Positions 26,269 to 38,592 are shown, counted from the first letter of the stretch. The stretch is 64,000 nucleotides of DNA from Octopus sinensis (GCF_006345805.1 NC_043020.1:11532001-11596000), one strand, 5' to 3'. Program-made: numbers and translations. The notes: a model not told the origin generated them from the sequence alone.

Positions 26269-26675
26269 ACTCTTTTACTCGTTTCAGTCATTTGACTGCG
26301 GCCATGCTGGAGCACCGCCTTTAGTCGAGCAACTCGACCCCGGGACTTATTCTTTTTGTAAGCCCAGTACTTATTCTATCGATCTCTTTGTGCCGAACCG
26401 CTAAGTGACGGGGACGTAAACACACCAGCATCGGTTGTCAAGCAATGCTAGGGGGACAAACACAGACACACAAACACACACACACACATACATATATATA
26501 TATACATATATACGACAGGCTTCTTTCAGTTTCCGTCTACCAAATCCACTCACAAGGCATTGGTCGGCCCGGGGCTATAGCAGAAGACACTTGCCCAAGA
26601 TGCCACGCAGTGGGACTGAACCCGGAACCATGTGGTTGGTTAGCAAGCTACTTACCACACAGCCACTCCTGCGCC
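26269..26675 (-). mobile_element. SINE family A
   Basis: Full length in reverse. Confidence 0.9.
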
Positions 26676-26773
26676 TAAACTCATAAAAATTATACAAAAA
26701 TTTATACTCAAACATTTTAATCTTCTATCACACATGTATGTATGTATGTGTATGTATATATACGCACATACAA

Positions 26774-27162
26774 GCGCAGGAGTGGCTGTGTGGTAAGTAG
26801 GTTGCTAACCAACCACATGGTTCCGGGTTCAGTCCCACTGCGTGGCATCTTGGGCAAGTGTCTTTTGCTATAGCCCCGGGCCGACCAATGCCTTGTGAGT
26901 GGATTTGGTAGACGGAAACTGAAAGAAGCCTGTCGTATATATGTATATATATATGTGTGTGTGTGTTTGTCCCCCTAGTATTACTTGACGTGTGTTTCCG
27001 TCCCCATCACTTAGCGGTTCGGCAAAAGAGACCGATAGAATAAGTACTGGGCTTACTAAGAATAAGTCCCAGGGTCGATTTGCTCGACTAAAAGGTGGTG
27101 CTCCAGCATGGCCGCAGTCAAATGACTGAAATAAGTAAAAGAGTATAAAAGAGTAAAAGAGT
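26774..27162 (+). mobile_element. SINE family A
   Basis: Full length; head-to-head with 26269-26675. Confidence 0.9.
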
Positions 27163-27921
27163 ATACATATTTTTTACGTAACGCGTGTATTAAAAACAAA
27201 TTCATGTCCGTGTCAAAAATTCAATAAATAAATATAAATATATCTATTCCGAATATGTTTAACTTGATTGATTTTCATGTGCCACTTCATTCACATTACA
27301 TTATAGCTCGAGATTTGATAGAATTCAATAGAATATATTAAAATCTATTGAACACTTTAGCTGCACAAAAACACGATTTGGCTTTATATGCAAAATATTT
27401 ATTATAGAGAGATGGGTTTGAGTGTGCATGCATGTATGTGCATTCATGCATAAATATATCATCACCGTCAATTTTAACATCTATTTTTTCCAATGCTTGT
27501 AGGGGTCAAACGAGAATATGTTTGAAGCAGTGTTTTGTTCCTGTCACCAAACCTTATTTTTTCCATCCAGTGGGAGAGATAATATGCACCGTGGAAACTG
27601 GGAAACCAGCCCTGGTCTATATAACTCAGGAAAAATCTTTATCGTACACACATACACATATACAAATATGATGAGCTTACATACAATGTATGAAAAAAGT
27701 GCCCAGTACACACTGTAAAGTCATTGGTATTAGGAAGAGCATCAAGCCAAAGAAACCCTGCCAAAGACACTGGAGCATGATGCCAATCTTGTCTAACTGA
27801 ACCTTATATATATACTCACATACACACATATCCATCCCAAAGAATTCATCTTAACACATGACTATGATATTTCCCCACTACTCTTGCTTGTGATCAGAGA
27901 TGCACATATCATCTGTTTCTA

Positions 27922-27952
<31 letters not shown>

Positions 27953-27960
27953 ATATATAT

Positions 27961-28347
27961 ACTCATTTACTTGTTTTAGTCATTTCACTGTGGCCATGCT
28001 GGAGCACCGCCTTTAGTCGAGCAAATCAACCCCAGGACTTATTCTTTGTAAGCCTAGTACTTATTCTATCGGACTCTTTTGCTGAACTGCTAGGTTATGG
28101 GGACGCAAAACACACCAGCATCGGATGTCAAGCGATGTTGGGGAGACAAACACAGACACACACATACATGCATATACATATATACAACAGGCTTCTTTCA
28201 GTTTCCATCTACCAAATCCACTCACAAGGCTTTGGTCAGCCCAAGGCTATAGCAGAAGACACTTGCCGAGGGTGCCACGCAGTGGGACCGAACCTGGAAC
28301 CATGTGGTTGGTAAGGAAGCTACTTATCACATACCCACTCCTGCACC
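27961..28347 (-). mobile_element. SINE family A
   Basis: Full length in reverse, more diverged. Confidence 0.9.
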
Positions 28348-28373
28348 TATATACATATATACATACATATGTG

Positions 28374-28424
<51 letters not shown>

Positions 28425-28855
28425 TGCAAGAAACAAAAGAAAGAAGCAAACAACATATTTAGTTGAGAGATAACTAGATTTAATAATAGTTTTACTTAAC
28501 TACACAAAGGTTTGTTGGCATAGTAACACGTCTGCATCATCATCATCATCATCATACACACATACAGCAGAGGGAGAAAGAAAGAGACATACACACAACT
28601 TATACGCATATATTACACATACATACTGACATTCTTCACACATACACACATTAAAAAAACAACTCACACACACACACACATCTTCATATTTTCTAATAAT
28701 TTTGTTGACAATGATATTTCGAGGCCAATGACCAGCAGAACTCTGGAAATGATTCCACATAAACTATAAAATCTATTGAAATTTATCAATGAGTCTTTCA
28801 TTGAGTTTAATAGTCAATGTTTTTTTATGAATATAACAACTCTTTTTTTACCTAC

Positions 28856-28892
<37 letters not shown>

Positions 28893-28893
28893 T

Positions 28894-28925
<32 letters not shown>

Positions 28926-29007
28926 ATATATATATATATATATAATAAACCTTTACATATATAAATAACGTGAAATACACGAAGGGACAAACATAAGAGA
29001 CAGAATA

Positions 29008-29048
<41 letters not shown>

Positions 29049-29059
29049 TATATATATGT

Positions 29060-29091
<32 letters not shown>

Positions 29092-29257
29092 TGTGTGTAT
29101 ATATATGTTTGTATATGTATGTGTGTGTGAGTATTATCATCATCATCGTTTAAAGTCCGCTTTCCATGCTAGCATGGGTGTGTGTATATATATATATATA
29201 TATATACACGAGTGTGTGTGTGTGTGTATATATATGTGTGTGTGTATATATGTATGT

Positions 29258-29430
29258 AGGGAGAATTCAGAAAAAAAAATACGAAGACAGGTGGAGTAGA
29301 AAACAAACAGATGTATTAGTATAATGCTCGGGAATAGAAAAAGTCTTTTACGTTTCGAGCCTACGCTCTTCCACAGAAAGAAACAAGGAGAGAAAAAAAA
29401 TGTGTGTAGTGGCTACCAATCTATCATGGC

Positions 29431-29433
<3 letters not shown>
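29258..29433 (-). mobile_element. Element G copy 2
   Basis: Same agggagaatt boundary as copy 1; TA/TG repeats on both sides. Confidence 0.75.
29344..29381 (-). ncRNA. Putative minimal type I hammerhead ribozyme
   Basis: ucuuu-CUGUGGAA-GAGC GUAG GCUC-GAAA-CGUA-aaaga. Confidence 0.5.
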
Positions 29434-29469
<36 letters not shown>

Positions 29470-29486
29470 CACATTATAAATATATA

Positions 29487-29650
29487 GGCGTAGGAGTAGC
29501 TGTGTGGTAAGTACCTTGCTTACCAACCACATGGTTCTGCGTTCAGTTACACTGCATGGGACTTTGGACAAGTGTCTTCCACTATAGCCTCTTACTGACC
29601 AAAGCCTTGTGAGTGGATTTGGTAGATAGAAACTGAAAGAAGCTTGTCGA
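29487..29650 (+). mobile_element. SINE family A, 5' half
   Basis: Ends at the central TA repeat. Confidence 0.85.
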
Positions 29651-29825
29651 ATATATATATATAAAACTTAGATATGTTTCAACCAAAGATTGGTCCAGGC
29701 CATCACAGTAGAACTCTCAATTGGCAGCCTGGCCCTGAGGGATGAATTCTTGATGCACAATACCACATTTCTGGTAGGGTAACACTCATGGCATGTCTTC
29801 CAGATCACATCCTCCCAGGGACATT

Positions 29826-29965
29826 GTTCCGCTTCTGAATCACCTGTTTCACTCAAAACATTGTGTACAACCCATTGCCTCGTTACCATAGCATGCTCAA
29901 TATCTCTGAAGCAGACTTTTCGAGCTTAACGCAAAATTTCACGTCGGCTCTTTGCTCCTGTCCAT
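29826..29965 (-). mobile_element. Degenerate mariner transposase N-terminal fragment
   Basis: EQRADVKFCVKL...YGNEAMGCTQCFE*..FRSG matches the mariner HTH start EQR..IKFC.KLG; contains stops and frameshifts. Confidence 0.7.
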
Positions 29966-30049
29966 GACAAAATCACAGACTACAACATAAACTGATCCCA
30001 AAAACACAAATTCCACAACTTGTTGAGTAAACACAGCAATGTGTTTATA

Positions 30050-30458
30050 GGCGCAGGAGTGGCTGTGTGGTAAGTAGCTTGCTTACCAGCCACATGGTTC
30101 TGGGTTCAGTCCCACTGCATGGCACCTTGGGCAAGTGTCTTCTACTATAGCCTCGGGCCGACCAAAGCCTTGTGAGTGGATTTGGTAGACGGAAACTGAA
30201 AGAAGCCCGTCGTATATATGTATATATATATATATGCGTGTGTGTGTTTGTGTGTCTGTGTTTGTCCCCCTAGCATTGCTTGACAACCGATGCTGGTGTG
30301 TTTATGTTCCCGTTACTTAGCGGTTCGGCAAAAGAGACCGATAGAATAAGTACTGGGCTTACAAAAGAATAAGTCCCGGGGTCAAGTTGCTCGACTAAAG
30401 GCGGTGCTCCAGCATGGCCGCAGTCAAATGACTGAAACAAGTAAAAGAGTAAAAGAGA
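30050..30458 (+). mobile_element. SINE family A
   Basis: Full length. Confidence 0.9.
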
Positions 30459-30770
30459 GTATGTTACATGGTACACTGACCCATAAGGGTCGCTGCTGGC
30501 GCTCAATGTGCACACAAACTGTGTGCTGCTATCTGTTGGCACGCTACAAAACCAGTCCAGGAACATTTTGATACCACTTCGTGTGTGTGTCTCCCAACAT
30601 TGTTTGGTAACCGGTGTTGGTGTGTTGATGTCCCTGGCTTTAAAAAAAAATAAGTACTGGGGTTGATTCATTCAACTAGACATTTTTCAAGGTAGTGCAC
30701 CAACATGGCCACACTCTACTGACTGAAACAACTAAATGACAACAAATATATATATTTATATTTATATATA

Positions 30771-30802
<32 letters not shown>

Positions 30803-31066
30803 GAAGTTCTTAACCAAGCATAGATTGGCATATTTTGGTCATGTTATGCGGAGAAAATCCCTGGAGAAAGGACATCGTGCTCGGAATGGTCAGTGGCAAG
30901 AGAGGAAGAGGCCGACCAAGAACCCGCTGGCTTGACACCATGAAGAGTGACACAGGAATGGACACAGCCAATCTGAAAGAAGCGGCTCAGGATAGAACTG
31001 AGTGGAGGACACTGATCCAACGAGTGACCGAGGGTCGACTTCGACTGAGCGGATAAAGAAGAATAT
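30803..31066 (+). mobile_element. RTE/BovB-like LINE ORF2 3' end
   Basis: RLAYFGHVM, then (frameshifted) KDIVLGMVSGKRGRGRPRTRWLD...QDRTEWR...RL. Confidence 0.85.
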
Positions 31067-31186
31067 ATGTATATACTCACATACACACATGCAGATATAC
31101 ATGCATACACACAAATTATCGTCACAAACTTATGGACACACACACACGAATATAGAGAAAAATATATACACACAATTCGTGCATGA

Positions 31187-31529
31187 TTGATGCCAGTGCC
31201 GCCTGACTAGCTCCCGTGCTGGTGGCATGCAAAAAGCACCATTCGAGCATGGTCAATGTCAAAACCGCCTGACTGGCCCCCGTGCCGGTGGCATGCAAAA
31301 AGCACCATTCGAGCATGGTCAATGTCAAAACCGCCTGACTGGCCCTCGTACCGGTGACATGTAACAAGCACCCACTACACTCTCGGAGTGGTTGGCATTA
31401 GGAAGGGCATCCAGCTGTAAGAAACCTTGCCAGATCAGACTGGCACCTGATACAGCCAGTCCTCGATCAAACCATCCAACCCATGCCAGCAGGGAAAGTG
31501 GACGTTAAACGATGATGATGACGATGATG
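31187..31529 (+). mobile_element. RTE 3' UTR fragment
   Basis: Duplicated ~62-bp internal unit and (GAT)n tail. Confidence 0.85.
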
Positions 31530-32139
31530 TCCTATATGCAGCTTTTAAAGTAAACAGGGTTGTATTGAACAACCTGTCAGGCGTTAGAGGGCACATGGCC
31601 TGCGTGCATGCGTGCGTGTGTAAGAATGCTTATATATATTTACGAAGTGTGTAATGTGTGTGTAGGTGTACAGGAATGTTTGTGTTTATGCAATGCAATG
31701 TATGCGCGCGTGTGTGTGTGTGTGTGCGCGTGTCCGCGACTGTGTGTGAGACTGTGTGGGTTTGCGTGTGGGTGTGTGTCTTGCTTAGCGATAGATCAAT
31801 ATTATCTAACAGAAACAGTTGTGTATTAATAACTAATTCCAGCTGCCTTAATGAACTGTGTCCGACAGTCGGTGGTGGGGGGTGAGAGGGAGGGATGTGG
31901 AGGGCGAGAAAGAGAAAGAGAGAGAGAGAGATTAAAAGATATAAGGGGAAGACTGTGTGAGAGAGATGGGGAGAGAAGAGAAGAGAAGCGAAGTAATGAG
32001 TTAGAGATGAGAAAGATATGATGGAAAAGAGGTGTGTGTGTGTGTGTGTGTGTATGTGTGTGTGTGAGGGAGTGAGAAAATGAGAGACTAGTAATTAGAG
32101 AAGGATAAAAGGATGACATACATGCAAAGAGATACATCA

Positions 32140-32612
32140 TAAAATAGAGAGGAAGGAAGGAATGGAGAGGAAGGAGAGGGAAAAGGGAGAGAGAAGGGGA
32201 AAGAAATGAGAGGGAAGAGGGAGAGAAGGGGGAGGGAAGAGGGAAGAGGGAGAGAGAAGGGGGAGGGAAGAGGGAAGGGGAAGAGAGAAGGGGAAAGAAA
32301 TGAGAGGAAGGAGAGGGAAGAGGGGGAGAGAAGAGGAAAGAAATGAGAGGGAAGCGGGAAGAGGGAGAGAGAAGGGGAAAGAAATGAAAAGGAAGAGGGA
32401 GAGAGAAGGGGAAAGAAATGAGAGGGAAGGGAGAAGAGGAAGAGAGAAGGGGAAAGAAATGAGAGGGAAGCGGGAAGAGGGAGAGAGAGAAGGGGGAGGG
32501 AAGAGGGAAGAGGGAGAGAGAAGGGGAAAGAAATGAGAGGGAAGAGGGAGAAAGAAGGGGAAAGAAATGAGAGGAGAGAGAGAGGAGAAAGTGAGAAGGG
32601 GAGGGGGAGAAG
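32140..32612. repeat. Polypurine (GA-rich) tract
   Basis: About 470 bp almost free of pyrimidines, with a recurring gagagaaggggaaagaaatgagaggga unit. Confidence 0.9.
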
Positions 32613-32992
32613 AGTCAGCATGTTAATCCTTTACAACATCAGGTCATTAAATGACCCCTAGTGACATCCTTAACAAGCTCTATGTGATGGTCATGGAATT
32701 TTCTTCATGAGGGAATACAAAATGGGAGAATATATCTATTGTCTTCCTTGTAGTGATTTTTTTTTTTTTAAAGACATCCAACTCTGTTCTTTGATTTGTA
32801 CTTCATTTATCAACCCCAGAATGATAAAAAGCAACATTGATCTTGGCAGGATTTGAACTCGGGACAGATAATCATATACAACAACTTCATCACAGACTAC
32901 ACAACTACTGCTCTGCCATTGTCTACACAAGGGGGTGTTGGAAAGGTCCTGACTCTGGGTAAAAGAAAATACAGTAGGATCAGTTTACTTAC

Positions 32993-33374
32993 TTACTTTT
33001 TTACTTACTTGTTTCAGTCATTTGACTGCGGCCATGCTGGAGCACCGCCTTTAGTCGAGCAAATCGACCCCGGGACTTATTCTTTGTAAGCCCAGTACTT
33101 ATTCTACCAGCCTCTTTTTGCCGAACCGCTAAGTGACGGGGACGTAAACACACCAGCATCGGTTGTCAAGCAATGCTAGGGGGACAAACACAGACACACA
33201 AACATATACACACATATATACATATATACGACAGGCTTCTTTCAGTTTCCGTCTACCAAATCCACTCACAAGGCATTGGTCAGCCTGGGGCTATAGCAGA
33301 AGACACCTTCCCAAGATGCCATGCAGTGGGACTGAACCCGGAACCATGTGGTTGGTAAGCAAGCTACTTACCAC
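32993..33374 (-). mobile_element. SINE family A
   Basis: Reverse; lacks the first bases of the head. Confidence 0.9.
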
Positions 33375-34268
33375 TTTATTCAACATATTCCCCTTCTCAG
33401 ATTCACACCCTTATTGCAGGGGTCCTTCAGTTTTTCTAAACCCTGTAAAAGAACTCGGAAGGTTAGGACTCCAACCAAGATTTTCATGATACCCTTAAAA
33501 CCAGGAACTTTTCAATACCCCCTCATACAACAGCCTCACCACAGACCATCCAACAACCTCAACTCATACCACTACCTCACAACTACTTCAACCATAAACT
33601 ATACAACTCTCACCAGCCGTTCAAGAATTTGGACCTGGAGATCTCCATTTCCAGCGACTTCGAGGGCCACCTCCCAGTGGTGTCGGGCGTCATCAAAGAG
33701 CCCTCAACTACAACAAGATGACCAAAGTTTTTTTTTTTTTTCCAAGGTCTGGGGTCTCCCGCCCCTAAGCCCTAGACCATCACCTAATCACCCTTACCCG
33801 TCTTGTTGCCAAACAACAACAACCCTCACCACAGATTTCACAACAATCTCACAACCTTACAACTACTTCAATCATAAGTTATACAAGCTGCACCACAGAC
33901 TTCACAACAGACCGCACAATCTCACAACTACCTCATGACAGACCATGCAACCAAATCATATATCGGTAAAGCAACCAAACCAGACATCATCAATGTATCC
34001 CACACTTTATCCCAAATACAAAATTTCCTCCTTCGAGAACACAAAGTCCTTCAACCCTTAACAATAGTCGACCCAGTGTAAAACGGAAGTAAAACATGCA
34101 TTAGATCACACTTCTCCAGGTTGCTGCTGAACACAAACAGGTGAAAAAATAAAATAAAATAAAAAAGGAAATAAACGTTTCCGGCTGGTATTGCAGCCAG
34201 TAGACATTTCAAATATCGGCCCAGCTGGCACGAGAATACAGAAGGACTAAGAAGAAGATTCCACTTAC

Positions 34269-34419
34269 CTGGCCCAGAGTCTCTTTGAGAGCCCAGTCAA
34301 TTTTCAGTCCATAGTTGCAGTCAGGGTTCAAGAATAAATGCAATGAAGCATCAGCTTGATTGATATAGTCTGGAATTGGTACCAATAACTTCAAAGTTAT
34401 GTTACCAGCTTCGTTCTTC
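34269..34419 (-). CDS. PGAP1: Internal exon of PGAP1-like gene (151 nt, phase 2/0)
   Basis: Acceptor tctttgttgtttcctgcag, donor CAG|gtaagt. Encodes (R)KNEAGNITLKLLVPIPDYINQADASLHLFLNPDCNYGLKIDWALKETLGQ, matching the recalled PGAP1 ISLKLHIAQPENN...SDCRYEVTVKTSFSQILGQ. Confidence 0.82.
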
Positions 34420-34472
34420 CTGCAGGAAACAACAAAGAAAGACTCTTCACAATAATAATAATAATAATATTG

Positions 34473-34837
34473 TTGTATTTCGGAATGGTCATTTTGCCAG
34501 TTTAGCCAATAAAAACACACGCACAATATATTTGGTGTATATATTCAGTGTTATTTATTTTTTACATTAATCTTAATCTTATTTCGGCCAGAGTTCTTTC
34601 GTCACACTCCTGTGACCGCATCAATGGTCCTTTGCTTTCTTCTTTCTTATTTGTATAGTTTAAGAAAGAAGAAAACAAAGGACCACTAATGCGGTCACAG
34701 GAGTGTGACGAAAGAACTCTGGCCGAAATAAGATTAAGATTAATGTAAAAAATAAATAACACTGAATATATACACCAAATATATAGTGCGTGTGTTTTTA
34801 TTGGCTAAACTGGCAAAATGACCTTTCCTAAATACAA
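34473..34837. repeat. Long fold-back element, ~177-bp arms, 11-nt loop
   Basis: Six mismatches counted between the arms. Confidence 0.92.
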
Positions 34838-34907
34838 ATATCTGTTTCAACACACGACTTCACATCAAAAATCTTGCACAACAAATATATAAACGTAATA
34901 ATAATAC

Positions 34908-35100
34908 TTTCTACTAAAAGCACAAGGCCTGAAATTGGGGGAGGAGGGGTCTAGTCGATTACATTGACCCCAGTGTGTCACTGGTACTTAATTCATCAAC
35001 CCTGACAGGATTAGAGGCAAAGTTGACCTCGGCGGAATTTGAATTCAAAACGTAGTGATAGGCGAAATGCCGCTAAACATTTTGTTCAGCATGCTAATAA
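34908..35100 (-). mobile_element. Diverged family B-related SINE
   Basis: Nin/Deu-like core in reverse. Confidence 0.7.
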
Positions 35101-35104
35101 TTGG

Positions 35105-35447
35105 ACAATTTGATTGAGGTCTGGCGAACCAAATGGCTGCACCAGACTCCAATCTGATCTGGCAGAGTTTCTACAGCTGGATGCCCTTCCTAGTGCCAAA
35201 CACCGAGAGTGTAGTGAGTGCTTTTACGTGCCACCAGCATGAGGGCCAGTCAAGTGGTACTGGCAACGGCCACGCTCAAATGGTGCTTTTTATGTGCCAC
35301 CTGCACAGGAGCCAGTCCAGCAGCACTGGCAATGACCTCACTCGAATGTTTTTTCACGTGCCACCAGCAGAAATACTAGTAAGGCGACGCAGGTAACGAT
35401 CATACTCAAATGGCGTTTTTAACGTGCCATCGGCACGGAGGCCAGCT
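35105..35447 (-). mobile_element. RTE 3' UTR fragment
   Basis: ttctacagctggatgcccttcc plus internal repeats. Confidence 0.8.
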
Positions 35448-35667
35448 TAATGCTAATTCTTTCTACCCCAGTGCTCTACTGGTACTTCATTGGTCCTAAA
35501 AGGATGAAAAGCTAAGTCAACCTCAGCAGAATATGGACTCAGAACTTAAGGAAACAGTAGAAATGCTACAAAGCATTTTGCCCAACATGGTAATGATTCT
35601 TTCAGCTTATGACCTAGTAAGAATAACGATGATAATAATCTTTTAGTTAGCCATAAGGGCTAAAAGA

Positions 35668-35830
35668 GGCGGGAGTGGGTGTGTGGTAAGAAGCTTGCTT
35701 CCCAACCATATGGTTCTGGGTTCAATCCCACCATGTGGCAACTTGGGCAAGTGTCTTCTACTATAGCCTCGGGCTGACCTAAGCCTTGTGAGTGGTTTTG
35801 GTAGATGGAAACTGAAAGAAGCCCACTGTG
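35668..35830 (+). mobile_element. SINE family A, 5' half
   Basis: Head and core only. Confidence 0.8.
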
Positions 35831-35952
35831 CGTGTGTATATACATATATATATATATATATAGATATAGATATATATATAGAGTGGTTGTATAAAGTCAA
35901 CATAACGTGACAGTCCCGTAGAGGGAATTACATCACCACTATATAGCCCTAG

Positions 35953-36181
35953 GCGGCGAGCTGGCAGACACGTTAGCGCGCCGGGTGAAATGCTTAGCGG
36001 TATTTCGTCTGTCGTTACGTTCTGAGTTCAAATTCCGCCGAGGTCAACTTTGCCTTTCATCCTTTCAGGGTCGATAAATAAAGTACCAGTTTCGCACTGG
36101 GGGCGATATAATCGACTCAATCCCTTCATCTGTCCTTGTTTGTCCCCTCTATGTTTAGCCCCTTGTGGGCAGTAAAGAAAT
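35953..36181 (+). mobile_element. SINE family B
   Basis: Full length; TSD tatatagccctagg. Confidence 0.9.
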
Positions 36182-36889
36182 ATATATATATAGCCCTAGG
36201 AAGCATCGACGCTTCCTGTCGGCTTTGACACACTCCTGTGTCCTTATATTTGCAAGGGGGAGGCAAGCACCCCCACCAGCTAGAACTAGCAACCTGGAGA
36301 TATGCATGTTTCTGAGTTTTGCCCGTCGTCAGTCCAGGGTAGCGTGTCCTCGCTAGCGGTGACACTTACCAAGCCCTCGCAAGTATATCTATTTACAGTG
36401 AAATTTATTCACTGGTCACCGTAATTAGAAATATTGAATTTCTAAATGTCTCGACCACTCTATCACTCCACCACCACTCATGTCTCGTTGCACCAGTAAC
36501 ACCAGCATCTTGGTGATGATGATTTTCTTTTTATAAGTTCAGTGTAATGTCTTAGTTTTAATTTTCCTAATAACCTGTCTTTTATATTGTGAACCTAACA
36601 GTTTTTGTGTCATTCTGACTTCTTCAGAAAGTCCATGGCACAGTGTTCTCTTTGTTTTCTTTGTTATTTTCCTGAGAAGGGATTTTGTTGTCGTTGAGAA
36701 AATCTATAAGAAAAGTACCTACCTAACCCACTTCTAACCCACTTCTGAAGTCTCAGATGGAAGACAAACCTTTCCCTGGATAAGACGCCAGTCTACCACA
36801 AGTAAACTATTTCCACCACCCACAATATAAAACTTGAACAATAATAAAATAGACAATAAGAAAGACAATAACAATAATAAAATAATATA

Positions 36890-37306
36890 GGCGCAGGAGT
36901 GGCTGTGTGGTAAGTAGCTTGCTTAGCAACCACATGGTTCCGGGTTCAGTCCCACTGCATGGCATCTTGGGCAAGTGTCTTCTGCTATAGCCTCGAGCCG
37001 ACCAATGCCTTGTGAGTGGATTTGGTAGACGGAAACTGAAAGAAGCCTGTCGTATATATGTATATATATATGTATGTGTGTGTATGTATGTCTGTGTGTC
37101 AGTGTTTGCCCCCTAGCGTTGCTTGACAACCGATGCTGGTGTGTTTACGTCCCCGTCACTTAGCGGTTCGGCAAAAAGAGACCGATAGAATAAGTACTGG
37201 GCTTACAAAGAGTAAGTCCCGGGGTCGATTTGCTCGACTAAAGGCGGTGCTCCAGCATGGCCGCAGTCAAATGACTGAAACAATTAAAAGAGTAAAAGAG
37301 TAAAGA
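36890..37306 (+). mobile_element. SINE family A
   Basis: Full length; ends about 95 bp from the donor of exon 37401-37473. Confidence 0.9.
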
Positions 37307-37400
37307 GAGAGACAAAACAGAAAAAGACATTTAAAGAACAACCATATGGGTGCTCTGGCATGGTCGAATTTAATAGAATAAAAGAAATATTGCAACTTAC

Positions 37401-37473
37401 CGAATAAACTTGTAAGTCGAGAGATTGGTCCAGGAAAATTTCAATGACATAACGCTGCCAGCATCATCATCTT
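37401..37473 (-). CDS. PGAP1: Internal exon of PGAP1-like gene (73 nt, phase 1/2)
   Basis: Acceptor ttttaattag, donor CG|gtaagt. Encodes (E)DDDAGSVMSLKFSWTNLSTYKFI(R). Its phases exactly bridge the two flanking exons; it aligns by position to SIYRLHIPWSYEDS. Confidence 0.8.
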
Positions 37474-37616
37474 CTAATTAAAATTTTAAAAACAAAATCC
37501 AAGTGAAGATTAGTTAGCTTTTTTTTTTTAACATCACAAAAAAAAAATCGATTTTTATTTGTTTACTTTCATTATTTCAGAGTTTTAATAACTTTTGCGA
37601 AAATCCAAAACTAGTA

Positions 37617-37757
37617 TTAGGTTGTCCCAAAAGTTCGTAAACACTTGCGAAAATTGAATTTTTACTCGCCAAGTACTAACAAAAACAACAAAAATTATTC
37701 CTCAAAATAAAGACCATTATTTTCCAAGACTTTCTACGAACTTTTGGGACAACCTTA
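37617..37757. mobile_element. Mariner-type MITE (~140 bp)
   Basis: TIR AGGTTGTCCCAAAAGTTCGTA / TACGAACTTTTGGGACAACCT with TA on both sides. Confidence 0.85.
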
Positions 37758-38173
37758 TATTTTTCATCATTAGTATTGTTGCTGTTGTTGTAATTATTAT
37801 TGTTTTTAGGCAGCGAGCTCAAAGAATCGTTAGCACATTGAACAGAATGCTTAGCACCATTTTGTCCCTTTTGACAAGCCAAGTTCAAAATCCACCAAGG
37901 TCTACTTTGCCTTTTCATTCTTTCCAGGTCAATAAATTAAGTGCTAGTTGAGCACTGAGGTTAATGTAATCAACCAACTCCCTCCCCTTGAATTTCAGGG
38001 CCTATAATAAAAAGTACTATTGAGAAGGCAGCAAGCTGGCAAAATTGTTAGCATACTAGACAAAACGCTTAGTGGTTTTTCATCCATCTTTACATTCTGA
38101 GTTCAAATTCCACCAAGGTCGACTTTGCCTTTCATCCATTTGGGGCCGAAAAACATCAGAAACTATAATTTAA

Positions 38174-38592
38174 CCCTTTCGATATGATTGTCCCTTGTTT
38201 TATGATTACTTTTCATTCTACAATTGCCCTTCGTTTTACAGTTGCCCTTCATTTTACAATTGCCCCCATTCCATGATGCAAGCTTCTTGTTTTAAAATGA
38301 TATGAATTAAATCTACTACCAAAATTTTGTGTTAATTTATGTTCCAGCACCATCTTAATAAATTCTTTATTTCAAAACATATTTGAAACAAAGGTAGTGG
38401 AATTTCAAAAAAAAAAAATATGGCGCAGGAGTGGCTGTGTGGTAAGTAGCTTGCTAACCAACCACATGGTTCCGGGTTCAGTCCCACTGCGTGGCATCTT
38501 GGGCAAGTGTCTTCTGCTATAGCCCCGGGCGGTCCAATGCCTTGTGAGTGGATTTGGTAGACGGAAACTGAAAGAAGCCTGTCGTATATATG

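Noticed and set aside
34209-34268. Read-through past the exon donor giving a hydrophobic tail VSGIFFLVLLYSRASWADI*
   Set aside because: The donor is a perfect CAG|gtaagt and I saw no nearby poly(A) signal; most likely just intron.
34660-34730. Hammerhead-like gtgacgaa...ggccgaaa in the long fold-back
   Set aside because: No closable stem II and a non-canonical first core base.
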